The translations under genes and the position numbers were made by a program. Under the pieces are notes generated by a model. The model had not been told where the DNA came from, ran no database searches, and saw only the letters and a program-made list of their open reading frames with translations. A DNA stretch of 64,000 bases from Malacoraja senta (lineage: Eukaryota), in assembly GCA_038087875.1 (NCBI GenBank), contig CM075997.1:5520001-5584000 (forward strand), given 5' to 3'. Of the stretch, positions 52,608 through 64,000 are shown piece by piece (the stretch's first letter is position 1; every line of letters begins with the position of its first letter).

Positions 52608-53474
52608 TAGTTTTGTGTAAATGTTTTTTAAATTGTGTGAGCTTTCTACCCTTCCTTGTAAATTGTACATTTGTTTAAAAATCTAATAAAAAAAAACATT
52701 TACGGAAAAAAAAAAAAAAAAAAAGAGCGGGGCCAAGAACGTTGAAGATAGACACAAAATGCTGGAGTAACTCAGCGGGACCGGCAGCATCTCTGGAGAG
52801 AAGCAATGGGTGACGTTTCGGGTCAAGACCCTTCTTTTCAGTCTGAAGAAGAGTCTCGACACGAAACGTCATCCATTCCACGAGGTCGTGTAATTTGCGT
52901 GCCAAGGACACGTAAGTGGGACAGGCCCTTTACCCATCATGCCTTCTGCATTCTCATCCAAGTCATCGATGTAAGCCACAAACAGCAATGGGCCCAGCAC
53001 CGATCCCTGAGGCACACCACAAATCGCAGGCCTAGTGTAACTTGGCAACAATGTTCGGCACAGACATTTGAGGGCCGAAGGGCCTGTTTCCGTGTTCCTC
53101 CATCTTCTACCGGGTGAACAGGTGAAGATCGTGTGCTCAGGAAATCAAGAAACCAATGAGTAATGTGGAGCCAAGGCTGAGGTAAAAAGACTTGGGGAGT
53201 ATAGGAATGTGATAACATGTGCTCTGCTATATCACACATGAGAACACCTACTGAGATAGAAGAAAGGCAATACCAGGAGCATTCTTTGAGCACCAGTAAT
53301 CTGCAACGTGCCAGCAAGATTTTGGAACACAGTATCTCACTGCGGAGCAGCAAGTTAAACACACATTACATTCTTATCATGGAACAGCTGTGGAGCCAAC
53401 AAACCTGCAAAAGAAAGTAGCAGGAAGCTGACAAGGGTGTGAGGTCCCAAATGAAGCTTAGATCATCACTAGAA

Positions 53475-53890
53475 ATGTGTCGGAAAGAACTGCAGATGCT
53501 GGCTTATACCGAAGATAGACACAAAAAGCTGGTGTAACTCAGCAGGACAGGCAGCATCTCTGGAGAGAAGGAATGGGTGATGTTTTGGGTTGGGACCCTT
53601 CTTCAGACAGGTCAGGGATAAGGGAAATGAGAGATATAGAGGATGATGTAGAGAGATAGAGAACAATGAATGAAAGATATGCAAAAAAGTAATGACGATA
53701 AAGGAAACAGGCCATTGTTAGCTGTTTGTTGGGTGAAAACAAGAAGCTGGTGCAACTTGGGTGGGGAGGGATAGAGAGAGAGGAAATGCCGGGGCTACCT
53801 GAAGTGAGAGAAATCAATATTCATACCACTGGACTGTAAGCTGCCCAAGCGAAATATGAGATGCTGTTCCTCCAATTTGTGTTTAGCCTC
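53475..53890 (-). mobile_element. Penelope-like 3' end and pLTR
   Basis: EEQHLIFRLGSLQ tail followed by CTGTCTGAAGAAGGGTCCCAACCC on the minus strand. Confidence 0.75.
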
Positions 53891-55699
53891 ATTAACGTCA
53901 ACGTGTTCCACTTTCTTGTGACTCTCTCACTGTCATCCAATCTTTCTTCACCTTTGGACCATTCCCCTTGGTGCTGGGTGCTCCATCTCCACCATTGCTT
54001 GGTCCATCACAGGTACCGACCTCCCACCATCGGAGGGATCCACAGGATGCGCTACCGCAAAAAGGCAGCCAACATCATCAGAGACCCACACCACCCTGGT
54101 CAAGAGAGGCAAGAGTGTTTTATTGTCATATGTCCCAGATAGAACATTCTTGCTTCCAGCAGCACGACAGAATATGTAAACATAGTACACTGTATACAAT
54201 ATAATGCACCCTCCTAACCCCATTCTCCTGCCTTCTCCCCATAACCTCTGACACCTGTACTAATCAAAAATCTATCTCTCTGCCTTAAGCATGTCCACTG
54301 ACGGCTTCCACAGCCTTCTGTGGCAAAGAATTCCACAGATTCACCACCCTCTGACTAAAGACATTTCTCCTCATTTCCTTCCTAAAAGAAAGTCCTTAAA
54401 ATTCTGAGGCAGCGACCTCTAGTCCTAGACTCTCCCACTAGTGGAAACATCGTCTCCACATCCATTCTATCCAAGCCTTTCACTATTCTGTATGTTTCAT
54501 TGAGGTCCCTCCTCATTCTTCTAAACTCCAGCGAGTACAGGCCCAGTGCCGACAAGCGCTCATCATAGGTTAACCCACTCATTCCAGCGATCATTCTTGT
54601 TAAATTATTGTCATAGGTCACCGATAGAACAATGAAATTCTTACTTGCAGCAGCACAACAGAATATGTAAATATAGTACACTGTAAACTATATAATAAAC
54701 AAGAGAGAGAAACAAGTTGTGTGTGTATATACACATAAACACAAATACATTTATATGTAGATCACACACGCACAACATACAGTACATACACACAAAAAAC
54801 AAACATTAATAGTGCAATAATAACAATAATACTCTATTGTAGTTCAGAGCTTATTTGAGGATGTCGTGTTTAATAGCCTGATGGCTGTAGGGAACAATCT
54901 GTTCCTGAACCTGGACTTTGCAGTTTTCAGGCTCCTGTACCTTCTTCCCGATGGCAGGGGTGAAATGAGTGCGTGGCCAATGTGGTGTGGGTCTCTGATG
55001 ATGCTGGCTGCCTTTTAGAGGCAGCGACTCCGGTAAATCCCTTCGATGGTGGGGAGGTCAGAGCCGGTGATGGGCCGGGCAGTGTTCACAACTTTTTGCA
55101 GTCTTCTTCACTCCTGGGTGTTCAAGTTGCCGAACTAGGCCATGATGCAACCGTGATACACGCTCTCACTTCACTCCTATCATCGGGAAGAAGGGACAGG
55201 AGCCCGTGAGCCCTGGCCAATTAGGCAAGTCTTCCCCACACAAGTCTTCATCAATGGGACAGCAGTGGAGAGAGTCAACAACTTCAAGTTGCTGGATGTG
55301 TATATCTGTGAAGATCTGTCCTGGGCCCAAGACATCAAGCGATCACAAAGAAAGTTCATCAACGGCCGTACTTTCTTCGAAGTTTAAGGAGATTTGGTAT
55401 GTTGATAAATACTCTCTCGATCTTCTACAGTGGGACAGTAGAGAGCATATGGGCTGGTTGCATCACGGCCTGGTTCAGCAACTCAAACACCCTGGAACTA
55501 AGAGCGTGCGAGACATATCCTAATCCATCATCGGTACTCACCTCCCCACTCTCAAGGGGATCTCAAAAGGCCAGCCAATAGTTTCAAAGACCCAGACCAC
55601 CCCGGCCACACTCTCATCTCGCTACTACTGGAGGCAAGAAGGTACAGGGTCCGAAAAATCATGTCCACCAGAATTAAGAAGAGTTTCTTCCCAGCAACA

Positions 55700-56035
55700 T
55701 CAAAGATGCCTTAAATGCCAGGATGAAGAAATGTGAAATTGACATCGACAATTGGGAAACCAATGCCAAGGACAGGAAACTCTGGCGAACCATCAACCAA
55801 GAAGGAACAGCGACATTGGAAGCCGAGAGATGCGCAGAATTAGAAGAAAAGAGAAGAAAACGGAAAGAGAGACAGCAACAACCAAAGCCTGATCTGCCAT
55901 GTGGAATTACCTGTCCTGAATGCAGAAGAACTTTCAAAGCCAGGATTGGACTCATAAGCCACCTGAGAGTCCATAAAAACACCAGAACATAGACCATCAT
56001 CGTCGACCTCGTGGGATAGCCAAGACGATGACAAA
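55700..56035 (+). mobile_element. RTE-clade LINE 3' end
   Basis: NWETNAKDRKLWR...CPECRRTFKARIGLISHLRVH C-terminal C2H2 finger and a short 3' UTR. Confidence 0.8.
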
Positions 56036-56049
56036 CAAGACTATATTGG

Positions 56050-56068
56050 CAGCGCCTCCTGTAGGTCA
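56050..56068 (-). promoter_or_regulatory. Candidate CTCF site
   Basis: TGACCTACAGGAGGCGCTG resembles the consensus TGGCCACCAGGGGGCGCTA. Confidence 0.35.
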
Positions 56069-57572
56069 GTACCAGCTGCAGATGGAGTCTCAGCTCCAAG
56101 GGGAATGGTCTGCATGTGAGGAAGATTGAAGGGCAGCGAGGGAGAGTGACGGGAAAGTGAAACACAAACACTGCAGAGCTTTACTGCTGCGCCGCTGAGC
56201 CGCCTAAGGTAAGGAAAAATGCATTTGGACTCTGCCTGCAGTTTCTCTGCACAAGGAGATGATGTGAACAGATAAATCACACTGGCGTCTGCAATATCTG
56301 TCAAAGCAACACAGTTTGTTTCCAAAGCGTAGAAATGTGCGGCATTCAGCCAATTAATGTCCATGTTGGCCAAAAAACATAAATTCAGACTAATTCCAGT
56401 TGCTCACTCTCAACCATGAAGTATTCCATTCCATTTGTGACTGTGTCTGTTTGTCCACATTAAATGCTTATTAGACTACACTCTGCTCTTTATATATTAT
56501 ACTTGTATTTACATTATTAACACGTCCCTTTCTAACCCATTTAGACTCACTGGGTGCAGAAACAGGCCATTTGGCCCAACTCATCCATGCTAACCAAGAT
56601 GCCCCTCAATGGGTATATGGTCCCATTCACCTGCTTGGCGCAAATCCCTTTAAACCTATCCTGTCCATGTACCTGTGAAGAATCAAGTGTTTTATTGTCA
56701 TTTGTCCCTAAACGTTACAATGAAATTCTTACTTGCAGCAGCACAATGGATATTGTTTAAATGTTGTTATAGTTTCTGCCTCAACTACCTCCTCTGGCAG
56801 TACATTCTTTATAACCACCACCTACAGCATGACAATAGACAATAGACAATAGGTGCAGGAGTAGGCCATTCGGACCTTCGAGCCAGCACTACCATTCAAC
56901 ATGATCATCGCTGATCATCCCCAAAGTCACTGTTCCTGCCTTCTCCCCATATCCCCTGACTCTGCTATCTTTAAACGTTGCCCCTCAGATTCCCATTAAA
57001 TCTTCCCCCTCCAACCTTAAGCCAATGTCCTTGGCATGAACACGTTGGGCTAAAGAGCCTGGTTTTGTGTTTATCACCCAAGAACATAGATCAATAATTT
57101 TAATGAGGATCACAATGTAATATTTCACATTTTGATGAGAACACTAAGTTGGATGAGATTATGAATTGTGAGGAGATGCAAAGAGGCTTCAAGCCAACTT
57201 AACCAGTTTGAGTGGGCAAAGACATGGCAGCTACAATGTAACATGGATCAATGTGAAGATAAACACTTTTTGTAAGGAAAACTGAAATAGGCCACCTTAG
57301 CCCAATGGTATTAAATTGGAAAATGTTGATGTAGAACATACAAGAGTACAGCACAGGAACGTCCCCATGGGCCCACAATGTCTGTACCGAACATGATGCC
57401 AAGTTAACATAATCTCTGTCTGCACGTGATCCATATCTCTGCATTCCCTGCATATCCATGTGCCTATCTAAAAATCTCCTAAATGCCACTGCCTTATCTG
57501 CCTCCACCACCACCTCTGGAAGTGTGTTCCAGGCACCCACCACCATCTGTGTAAAAAACAAGCCCCGCACAT

Positions 57573-57768
57573 TGTAAAGAATCTATAACGAGGCGTCGTT
57601 ACTTTACTATCTTTATTCATACTGGAGCATTACACATTGCACTAGCTGTACGTGGTCTGTCACAGGAACTAGAGAGCGATCTGTGGGTGGGGAGGTTGTA
57701 GTTATACTTGTGATATGGGGAGTGGTTAGTAGGTATGAGGTCACTATGTTATGCAAATCTCATCTACA
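57573..57768 (-). repeat. Gypsy 3' LTR
   Basis: Direct repeat of 62088-62280 with two indels. Confidence 0.92.
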
Positions 57769-57834
57769 TCTTTCCTCTTCGAAACGACAGGCAAATACAA
57801 TGGTGACATGGCGACCACGGCTCATGCGCTAGGA

Positions 57835-59269
57835 TAGTTAAACAAAATCGCCATAGCGGTCAGGCGGTTTGACAAGACGTCCCGCCCGGGTTCGCGTCTC
57901 GCCATCCACCCTTCCTGCAGGAGGAAGAGGCACCGGCGGGGACAGACGAACCTGAAAGGGGGAAACGGGAGGAGACGGAGGAGACCGCGGCACCGAACCC
58001 GGAGGTGATGCGAGATCAGGACCGGGAAGAGCGCGGGCAGGCGAGCGAGGACTAGTGGAGCGGGGTGGAACGGAAGGGGCTGAGGAGGAGCAGAACGTTG
58101 CATGTCAGGAAGGACGGGCAGAGCAACGCCCTGACGCGAAACAGGCAGTGGGTGAGCAAAGGGATCCGCGGCAGGAGGACGCGCTCGTTGACGAGCCGAA
58201 GGTGCTGGCGGGACCGTCGTAAAGGGCTCCAGCGTGGTCGACGAGATAGGACCTGGGCGACCCCGCAGAGCCGACGACGGTAGCGAGCTTGGAGTGACCG
58301 GGAGCGGTCTGCATATGGACAACTTGACCGGGGAAGAGCGCGGCAGCGGGTGGCAGGACCTGTCATGGGAACGCTTTTGGACGTCGTGCCTGAAGGCAAT
58401 GCGTTTCTGAACCGCCGCAGGTGGGAGGATGGAGGGTATGAGGGAGCGCTGGGCCACAGGGAGCGGGAGTCTGGTAGCGCGAGACATGAGCCGCTGAGCA
58501 GGTGAACCCATGGCAGAGTCGCGGGAAATGTTCCGAAGGTTGAGGAGGGCCAGATGGAAGTCGGAGTTAATGCCACCACACTGTTCCAACAGGTGCTTCG
58601 CGCTGCGGACTGCGCGCTCGGGCCAAACCGTGCTTTGCGGGTACTCTGGGCTGCTGGTGAATGGTGGAAGTTCCTTCTGGAAGCGAACGCTTTAAACTCG
58701 GAGCTCGTGAACTGGCTGCCATTGTCCGACTGCAGGCTTGCCGGGGGGCCAAAAGTGCCAAAATGAGGGTACAACCTGTCGCTGATGGCCGAAGAGGTTA
58801 TGGAATGCAGCCGGTCGACCACAAATCCAGCTGGAGTAGGAGTCAACGAGAACCAGGAAGTGTTTGCCCCGCCACTCGAAATGTCAGCGGCAAGCGCCAT
58901 CCAGGGCAGTTCGGGCGCGGGCTGCTGTAGAAGCGGCTGACGCTGCTGGTGGGTAGCGAGGCTGTTGCAGGTGGAACACGAGGAGACCCTATCCCGGATG
59001 TATTTGGCCATATCCGGCCAATAGAACTGGCTCCTGGCGAGAGACACGGTGGCTTCGGCCCCAGGATGACCGCGGTGAGCGACTTGAAAATAGTGGTCAT
59101 GCAGCGCCGCGGGCACGACCACCTTGTGACCCTTCACCACCACGCCGTCGTGCAGTACGAGCTCGTCACGGACCAGGAAGTAGGGCACGGCACCAGCCGG
59201 CAGTGCCGAACGACGGTCAGGCCAGCCCTGCCGGATGTTGCAGGGCAGGGTCATTGGTAGTGTGTTCAA
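57835..59269 (-). pseudogene. Gypsy integrase, frameshifted
   Basis: HRGHPG..CSTC zinc motif, PWMALAAD, SDNGSQF, ALLNLRN..GSPAQRLM. Confidence 0.85.
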
Positions 59270-62021
59270 CCAGGGACTTCATCTGATGTGAGGGGACGAT
59301 GTTCAATTGTAGCACCAATAGCTCAGACATTTCATATTGGTGGCGAGCGGTGGACGTCAGCGGGGCGCGAGACAACGTGTCGGCCACGAACATGTCCTTG
59401 CCCTTATGATAAACCACCGTGAACGTGAAGCGCTGGAGCTGCAGCAGCATGCGCTGTAGGCGTGATGAGGCCACATGGATCGACTTGTTGAGGATGGTGA
59501 CAAGTGGCTGATGGTCAGTTTCAATGGTGAAAGTGTTGCCCACGATGTAGTCCCGGAATTTGGAGCAGGCAAACACCACGGCCAGTAGCTCCTTCTCGAT
59601 CTGCGCGTAGTGCTGTTCGGTGGCGGTCATGGTGCGGGACGCGAAGGAGACAGGCAGCTGCAGGCCGTCATGGACCTGGAGACAGGCGGCACCGAGTCCG
59701 AACTGAGAGGCGTCGCAGGTGAGGACAATGGGACGCTGCAGGTCAAAGAACTTGAGCGTGGGGGTGCTGATCAGCTTAGACTTAAGAATGTCGAATGCCT
59801 TCTGATGGTTGGGTAACCAAAGCCAGGACGTGTCCTTTTTGATCAGATCCCTCAGGGGAGCGCTGAGCTCGCTGAGGTCGGGGATGAACTTCCCCAGGTA
59901 GTTTACCAAGCCGAGGAAGCGTTGCAGGCCTGCCACATTGGTAGGAGGGGGCATCCCTGAAATGGCAGCCGTTTTCTGCGGGTCTGGCTTTAACCCCTCA
60001 GCGGTGAATACATGTCTAACATAGGTGACCTCCGGGACGCGGAATCGGCACTTCTTGGGGTTCAGTTTCAAGTTGATTTGCCGGGCCCGGTCCAGGACCT
60101 GGCGGAGGTTGACATCGTGTTCGGCAACGTCCTTACCGTAAACGAGGATGTCGTCAACAATTATGGCGCATGGTAGACCTAAAAACAACTGCTCCATGGT
60201 CCGCTGAAATACCTCGCTGGCAGAGTTGATTCCGAATGGCATTCGGAGGAACCGAAACCTTCCGTAGGGGGTGGCGAAAGTTGTCAAAATGGACGACCGC
60301 TCGTCCAGTGGTATCTGCCAGAAGGAGCTTTTGGCATCGAGGACAGAAAAAACCGTTGCTGGACCAACCTGTGCAGCGACTTCTTCCACCGTTCTCATAG
60401 GGTAGTGAGGGCGTCTAATGGCCAAGTTGAGGTCTTTGGGGTTGATGCAGATGCGTATCTCGCTCATGTCCTTTTTAGCAGCAACAACCATGGAAGAGAC
60501 CCAGCTGGTGGGCTCGACGACCGCCTTTAGGATGCCCATTTGTACCATACTGTGTAGTGTCGCCTCCACTCTGTCCCTCATGGCGAAGGAGACACGGTGA
60601 GGAGCATGGACCACAGGAACGATCTTACGGTCCACTACAATCTTGTAGCTGCAGGGTAGTTTGCCTAGCTTATCATCAAAGCGGTCGGGATAATCGGCCA
60701 GCGGGTCCATAAGAGTCTGCACCTGGTGGATGTCACGGTGGAAGTACACCAGTCCCATTTCCTGGCATGCCCGGATCCCCAGCAGGGGAATGCATTTTTG
60801 ATCGAGGAGATAGAAGGTGAGGGGCCGAGAGGTCTCTAGTATCTTACAGTGTAGCGTGGCCTTGCCCACAGGAGTAAGAATCTCCCCACCGTAGGCATGC
60901 AAGGTTGAGCTCTGGGAAAATATCTGCTCATTAGTTCTTATCTGGTTGAAAAGAGATGTTGACATTACGTTGGCCACAGCCCCCGTGTCAATCTTAGCAG
61001 TGAAGGTCGAGTTGTTCACAGTGACTAGCACAGAAGGGTCCGTTATCATAGCAGGTGCGTCCAACACGGTAAACAAGTTGGTCTCCCCCTGAGAGGAGTC
61101 AGATGCAGAAACAGACTGTTCATCAAAATAGCACTGGGAGCTGAGCTCGTTGTCAGCTTGTAGAAGGTTGTTTAAATTTCCCCTTCGAGCAGCGACAGGC
61201 TTCCCACGGGAACGACAAGCCGCAGCAAAATGGTTCAATTTTTTGCAGACATTACACGTTTTACCCAAGGCAGGGCACACATTGTATTGATGAGTCGTGA
61301 AGTTGCAATTAGGGCACCTTTGCCGGGTACCTCCCCCTGTAGCAGCACCGAACCCCGGGGCGCGTCCCCCTCGAGCAGCGAGCGACCCCGGGGATCGCGA
61401 CTGGGGTGTGTTTATGAGATGACTGGGAGTGCTGGCAAAGTTGATCGCCTGTTCAGCCGGCGACGCCGCCGAGGAAACAGCTTCAGCTAAGCGAGTAGCG
61501 TGCATAGCATCGGTTAAAGTCAGATCCGGCTTGCGCAGAAGTTCGGCCCTGAGCTTCTCATCACGGAGACCGTAAACCAAAAGGTCCCCGAGAATCTCAT
61601 CGGGGTTCCACGCGTGGAGGCGGCAGCGCCTGCCGAGGTGCCGCAGCGCAATGACATAGTTCTCAGCAGATTCCCCAGGGAGCTGACGCCGCGCGAACAG
61701 TTTAAAACGTTCTAAGATGCAATTTGTCAGAATATCACAAATAGCATCAAACTTAGCCACCAGACATACCGGGTCCCGAGCTGATTCGCCATCAGCGTAG
61801 ACGAAGAAGTCGGAGCGAGTCAGGGCCTCGGGACCAGCCAAGTTGAGAAGCAGAGAGGCTTTGAGATCGGCGGTGGCGGCAGGATGAGCGATTGTGAAAT
61901 AGTGTTCAAAGTCACGTTTGAATACGTCCCATCGAAGGGCGATGTCTAAATCGAAAACGAGCACATCGGGCTTACGGGCAGAAGAGGCCATGACAAAGAA
62001 ATAGGAGGGCGGGGGAAACAA
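59217..62021 (-). CDS. Gypsy gag-pro-RT-RNaseH polyprotein ORF
   Basis: Two knuckles CPNC..H..C and CNVCKKLNHFAAAC, IDTGA protease, LDAKSSFWQI, RMPFG, IVDD, CDASQFGLG, EKELLA, TDH. Confidence 0.9.
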   Translation of the reverse strand: MFPPPSYFFVMASSARKPDVLVFDLDIALRWDVFKRDFEHYFTIAHPAATADLKASLLLNLAGPEALTRSDFFVYADGESARDPVCLVAKFDAICDILTNCILERFKLFARRQLPGESAENYVIALRHLGRRCRLHAWNPDEILGDLLVYGLRDEKLRAELLRKPDLTLTDAMHATRLAEAVSSAASPAEQAINFASTPSHLINTPQSRSPGSLAARGGRAPGFGAATGGGTRQRCPNCNFTTHQYNVCPALGKTCNVCKKLNHFAAACRSRGKPVAARRGNLNNLLQADNELSSQCYFDEQSVSASDSSQGETNLFTVLDAPAMITDPSVLVTVNNSTFTAKIDTGAVANVMSTSLFNQIRTNEQIFSQSSTLHAYGGEILTPVGKATLHCKILETSRPLTFYLLDQKCIPLLGIRACQEMGLVYFHRDIHQVQTLMDPLADYPDRFDDKLGKLPCSYKIVVDRKIVPVVHAPHRVSFAMRDRVEATLHSMVQMGILKAVVEPTSWVSSMVVAAKKDMSEIRICINPKDLNLAIRRPHYPMRTVEEVAAQVGPATVFSVLDAKSSFWQIPLDERSSILTTFATPYGRFRFLRMPFGINSASEVFQRTMEQLFLGLPCAIIVDDILVYGKDVAEHDVNLRQVLDRARQINLKLNPKKCRFRVPEVTYVRHVFTAEGLKPDPQKTAAISGMPPPTNVAGLQRFLGLVNYLGKFIPDLSELSAPLRDLIKKDTSWLWLPNHQKAFDILKSKLISTPTLKFFDLQRPIVLTCDASQFGLGAACLQVHDGLQLPVSFASRTMTATEQHYAQIEKELLAVVFACSKFRDYIVGNTFTIETDHQPLVTILNKSIHVASSRLQRMLLQLQRFTFTVVYHKGKDMFVADTLSRAPLTSTARHQYEMSELLVLQLNIVPSHQMKSLVEHTTNDPALQHPAGLA

Positions 62022-62087
62022 AAAACTGGGACAAAATTAAATGATAAACCGATAAACAGGAGGCGCAAGGTAAGTTATTCGACACCA

Positions 62088-62280
62088 TGTAAAGAATCTA
62101 TAACGAGGCATCGTTACTTTACTATCTTTATTCATACTGGAGCATTACACATTGCACTAGCTGTACGTGGTCTGTCACAGGAACTAGAGAGCGATCTGTG
62201 GGTGGGGAGGTTGTAGATATGGGGAGTGGTTAGTAGGTATGAGGTCACTATGTTAAAGGCACATGCATATCTCATCTACA
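62088..62280 (-). repeat. Gypsy 5' LTR
   Basis: Direct repeat of 57573-57768. Confidence 0.92.
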
Positions 62281-62960
62281 CACATCTCCTTAAATCTTTG
62301 CTCCTCTTACCTTAAAGCTATGGCCTTGAGTCTGGGAAAAAAACACCTATTTATATCTCTCATAAATTTATGAACTTTTATCATGTCTTCCTTCAGCTTC
62401 CGACACTCCAGAGTAAACAATCCAAGTTTGTCTAACCTCCATACAACTCACAAATGTTTCCTTCGGCCCAATAGATCCATACTGACATTTTTAGCTATTT
62501 ACACTTCTCTCATATGTCTGTTCAGTCCCTGTCCATAAATGCTTTGCCTATTGGTGCCTGTCTAAATGTCTCCCAAATGTGACAATTGTACTTCACTCTA
62601 TCCTCTGGCAGCAAGAAGCAGATATCTACCACACACTGCGTAGAAAACTTTCCCCATAGAATCCATTTAAAATTAATTAATCTCACATTCAATCTCTGCC
62701 TTTATGTTTATCATCAGTTCATAAGTGATAGCAGCAGAATTAGACCATTTGGCCCATCAAGTCTACTCCGCCATTCAATCATGGCTGATATATCTTCTCC
62801 TGCCTTCTCCCCATAACCCTGACACCACACTAATTAAAAATCTGTCTATCTCTGCCTTAGAAATATCCATTGACTTGGCCTCCAATGCCTTCTGTGGGAG
62901 TGGATTCCACATATTCACCACCCTCTGACTAAAGAAGTTCTTCCTCATCTCTTTCCTAAA

Positions 62961-63120
62961 GATGGCGCAATGGGCTAAGTGTTCGGCTGGCAACCGGAAG
63001 GTAGCCGGTTTGAATCCCGCTTGGAGTGCATACTGTCGTTGTGTCCTTGGGCAAGACACTTCACCCACCTTTGCCTGCGTGTGAATGTGTGTGAATGTGT
63101 GTGAATGTGTGTGAGTGATT
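62961..63120 (+). mobile_element. tRNA-derived CORE-type SINE, distinct from the HE1-like family
   Basis: A-box TGGCGCAATGG, B-box GGTTTGAATCC, then GTGTCCTTGGGCAAGACACTTCACCC and a (TGTGTGAATG)n tail. Confidence 0.65.
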
Positions 63121-64000
63121 GAAACATAGAAACATAGAAATTAGGTGCAGGAGTAGGCCATTCGGCCCTTCGAGCCTGCACCGCCATTCAATATGATCAT
63201 GGCTGATCATCCAACTCAGTATCCCGTACCTGCCTTCTCTCCATACCCTCTGATCCCTTTAGCCACAAGGGCCACATCTAACTCCCTCTTAAATATAGCC
63301 AATGAACTGGCCTCGACTACCCTCTGTGGCAGAGAGTTCCAGAGATTCACCACTCTCTGTGTGAAAAAAGTTCTTCTCATCTCGGTTTTAAAGGATTTCC
63401 CCCTTATCCTTAAGCTGTGACCCCTTGTCCTGGACTTCCCCAACATCGGGAGCAATCTTCCTGCATTTAGCCTGTCCAACCCCTTAAGAATTGTGTAAGT
63501 TTCTATAAGATCCCCTCTCAATCTCCAAAATTCTAGAGAGTATAAACCAAGTCTATCCAGTCTTTCTTCATAAGACAGTCCTGACATCCCAGGAATCAGT
63601 CTGGTGAACCTTCTCTGCACTCCCTCTATGGCAATAATGTCCTTCCTCAGATTTGGAGACCAAAACTGTACGCAATACTCCAGGTGTGGTCTCACCAAGA
63701 CCCTGTACAACTGCAGTAGAACCTCCCTGCTCCTATACTCAAATCCTTTTGCTATGAAAGCTAACATACCATTCGCTTTCTTCACTGCCTGCTGCACCTG
63801 CATGCCTACTTTCAATGACTGGTGTACCATGACACCCAGGTCTCGCTGCATCTCCCCTTTTCCTAGCCGGCCACCATTTAGATAATAGTCTGCTTTCCTG
63901 TTTTTGCCACCAAAATGGATAACCTCACATTTATCCACATTATACTGCATCTGCCAAACATTTGCCCACTCACCCAGCCTATTCAAGTCACCTTGCAGTC
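63121..64000 (-). mobile_element. CR1-clade LINE 3' part, open frame
   Basis: ORF 63216-63986; (TTTCTATG)n tail; same family as 24583-25762. Confidence 0.92.

Larger units (their letters stand above)
46249..52723 (+). mobile_element. Full-length Tx1-clade non-LTR retrotransposon
   Basis: ~580 nt 5' UTR, ORF1, ORF2 (APE-RT-zinc motif), short 3' UTR, polyA; TSD AGAGCGGGGCCA (46237-46248, 52724-52735). Confidence 0.93.
45891..52929. mobile_element. PIF/Harbinger-type MITE, copy B, hosting the full-length Tx1; inserted in a CR1 RT remnant
   Basis: TIRs AGGGCCTGTCCCA..GTGTCCTTGGCA.GCAAATTA; TSD TTA (45888-45890, 52930-52932); flanks rejoin as YIDDLDENAEGMMG|KFTDDTKV. Confidence 0.85.
57573..62280 (-). 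mobile_element. Full-length Gypsy (Mag-like) LTR retrotransposon in a CR1 3' remnant
   Basis: TG..CA LTRs, 5-bp TSD CACAT (57568-57572, 62281-62285), PBS starting TGGTGTC, PPT GAAGAGGAAAGA (57769-57780). Confidence 0.95.

Noticed and set aside
57822..58589. env-like third ORF in the Gypsy element
   Set aside because: It is the frameshifted integrase C-terminus; no signal peptide or transmembrane segment
62961..63030. tRNA gene
   Set aside because: No convincing acceptor stem or poly-T terminator; continues into a SINE body and tail

Overview
Repeat-saturated vertebrate DNA, very probably a cartilaginous fish (skate/ray/shark). The inference rests on many HE1-like tRNA-derived V-SINEs that share their 3' tail with CR1-clade (HER1-like) LINEs. 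I found no complete host gene. The window is a nested mosaic of CR1, L2, L1, Rex1/Babar, RTE and Penelope fragments, one full-length Gypsy (Mag-like) LTR element, four Harbinger-type MITEs and two non-autonomous Helitron-like elements. Three observations stand out. (1) A young Tx1-clade LINE occurs twice (full-length 46249-52723; 5'-truncated 4601-7265). Each copy sits at the same position (TSD AGAGCGGGGCCA[AG]) in a separate copy of one Harbinger-type MITE, which points to a site-specific retrotransposon that parasitises a DNA transposon. (2) A Helitron-like element (31937-33263) carries what looks like the complete first coding exon of ALG13 (81 nt, ATG to GT donor), which is absent from the ORF track. 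(3) Many short Penelope-derived, often fold-back, insertions carry hammerhead-ribozyme-like cores and 13-15 bp TSDs. All family assignments come from motif recognition by eye; no database search was run.
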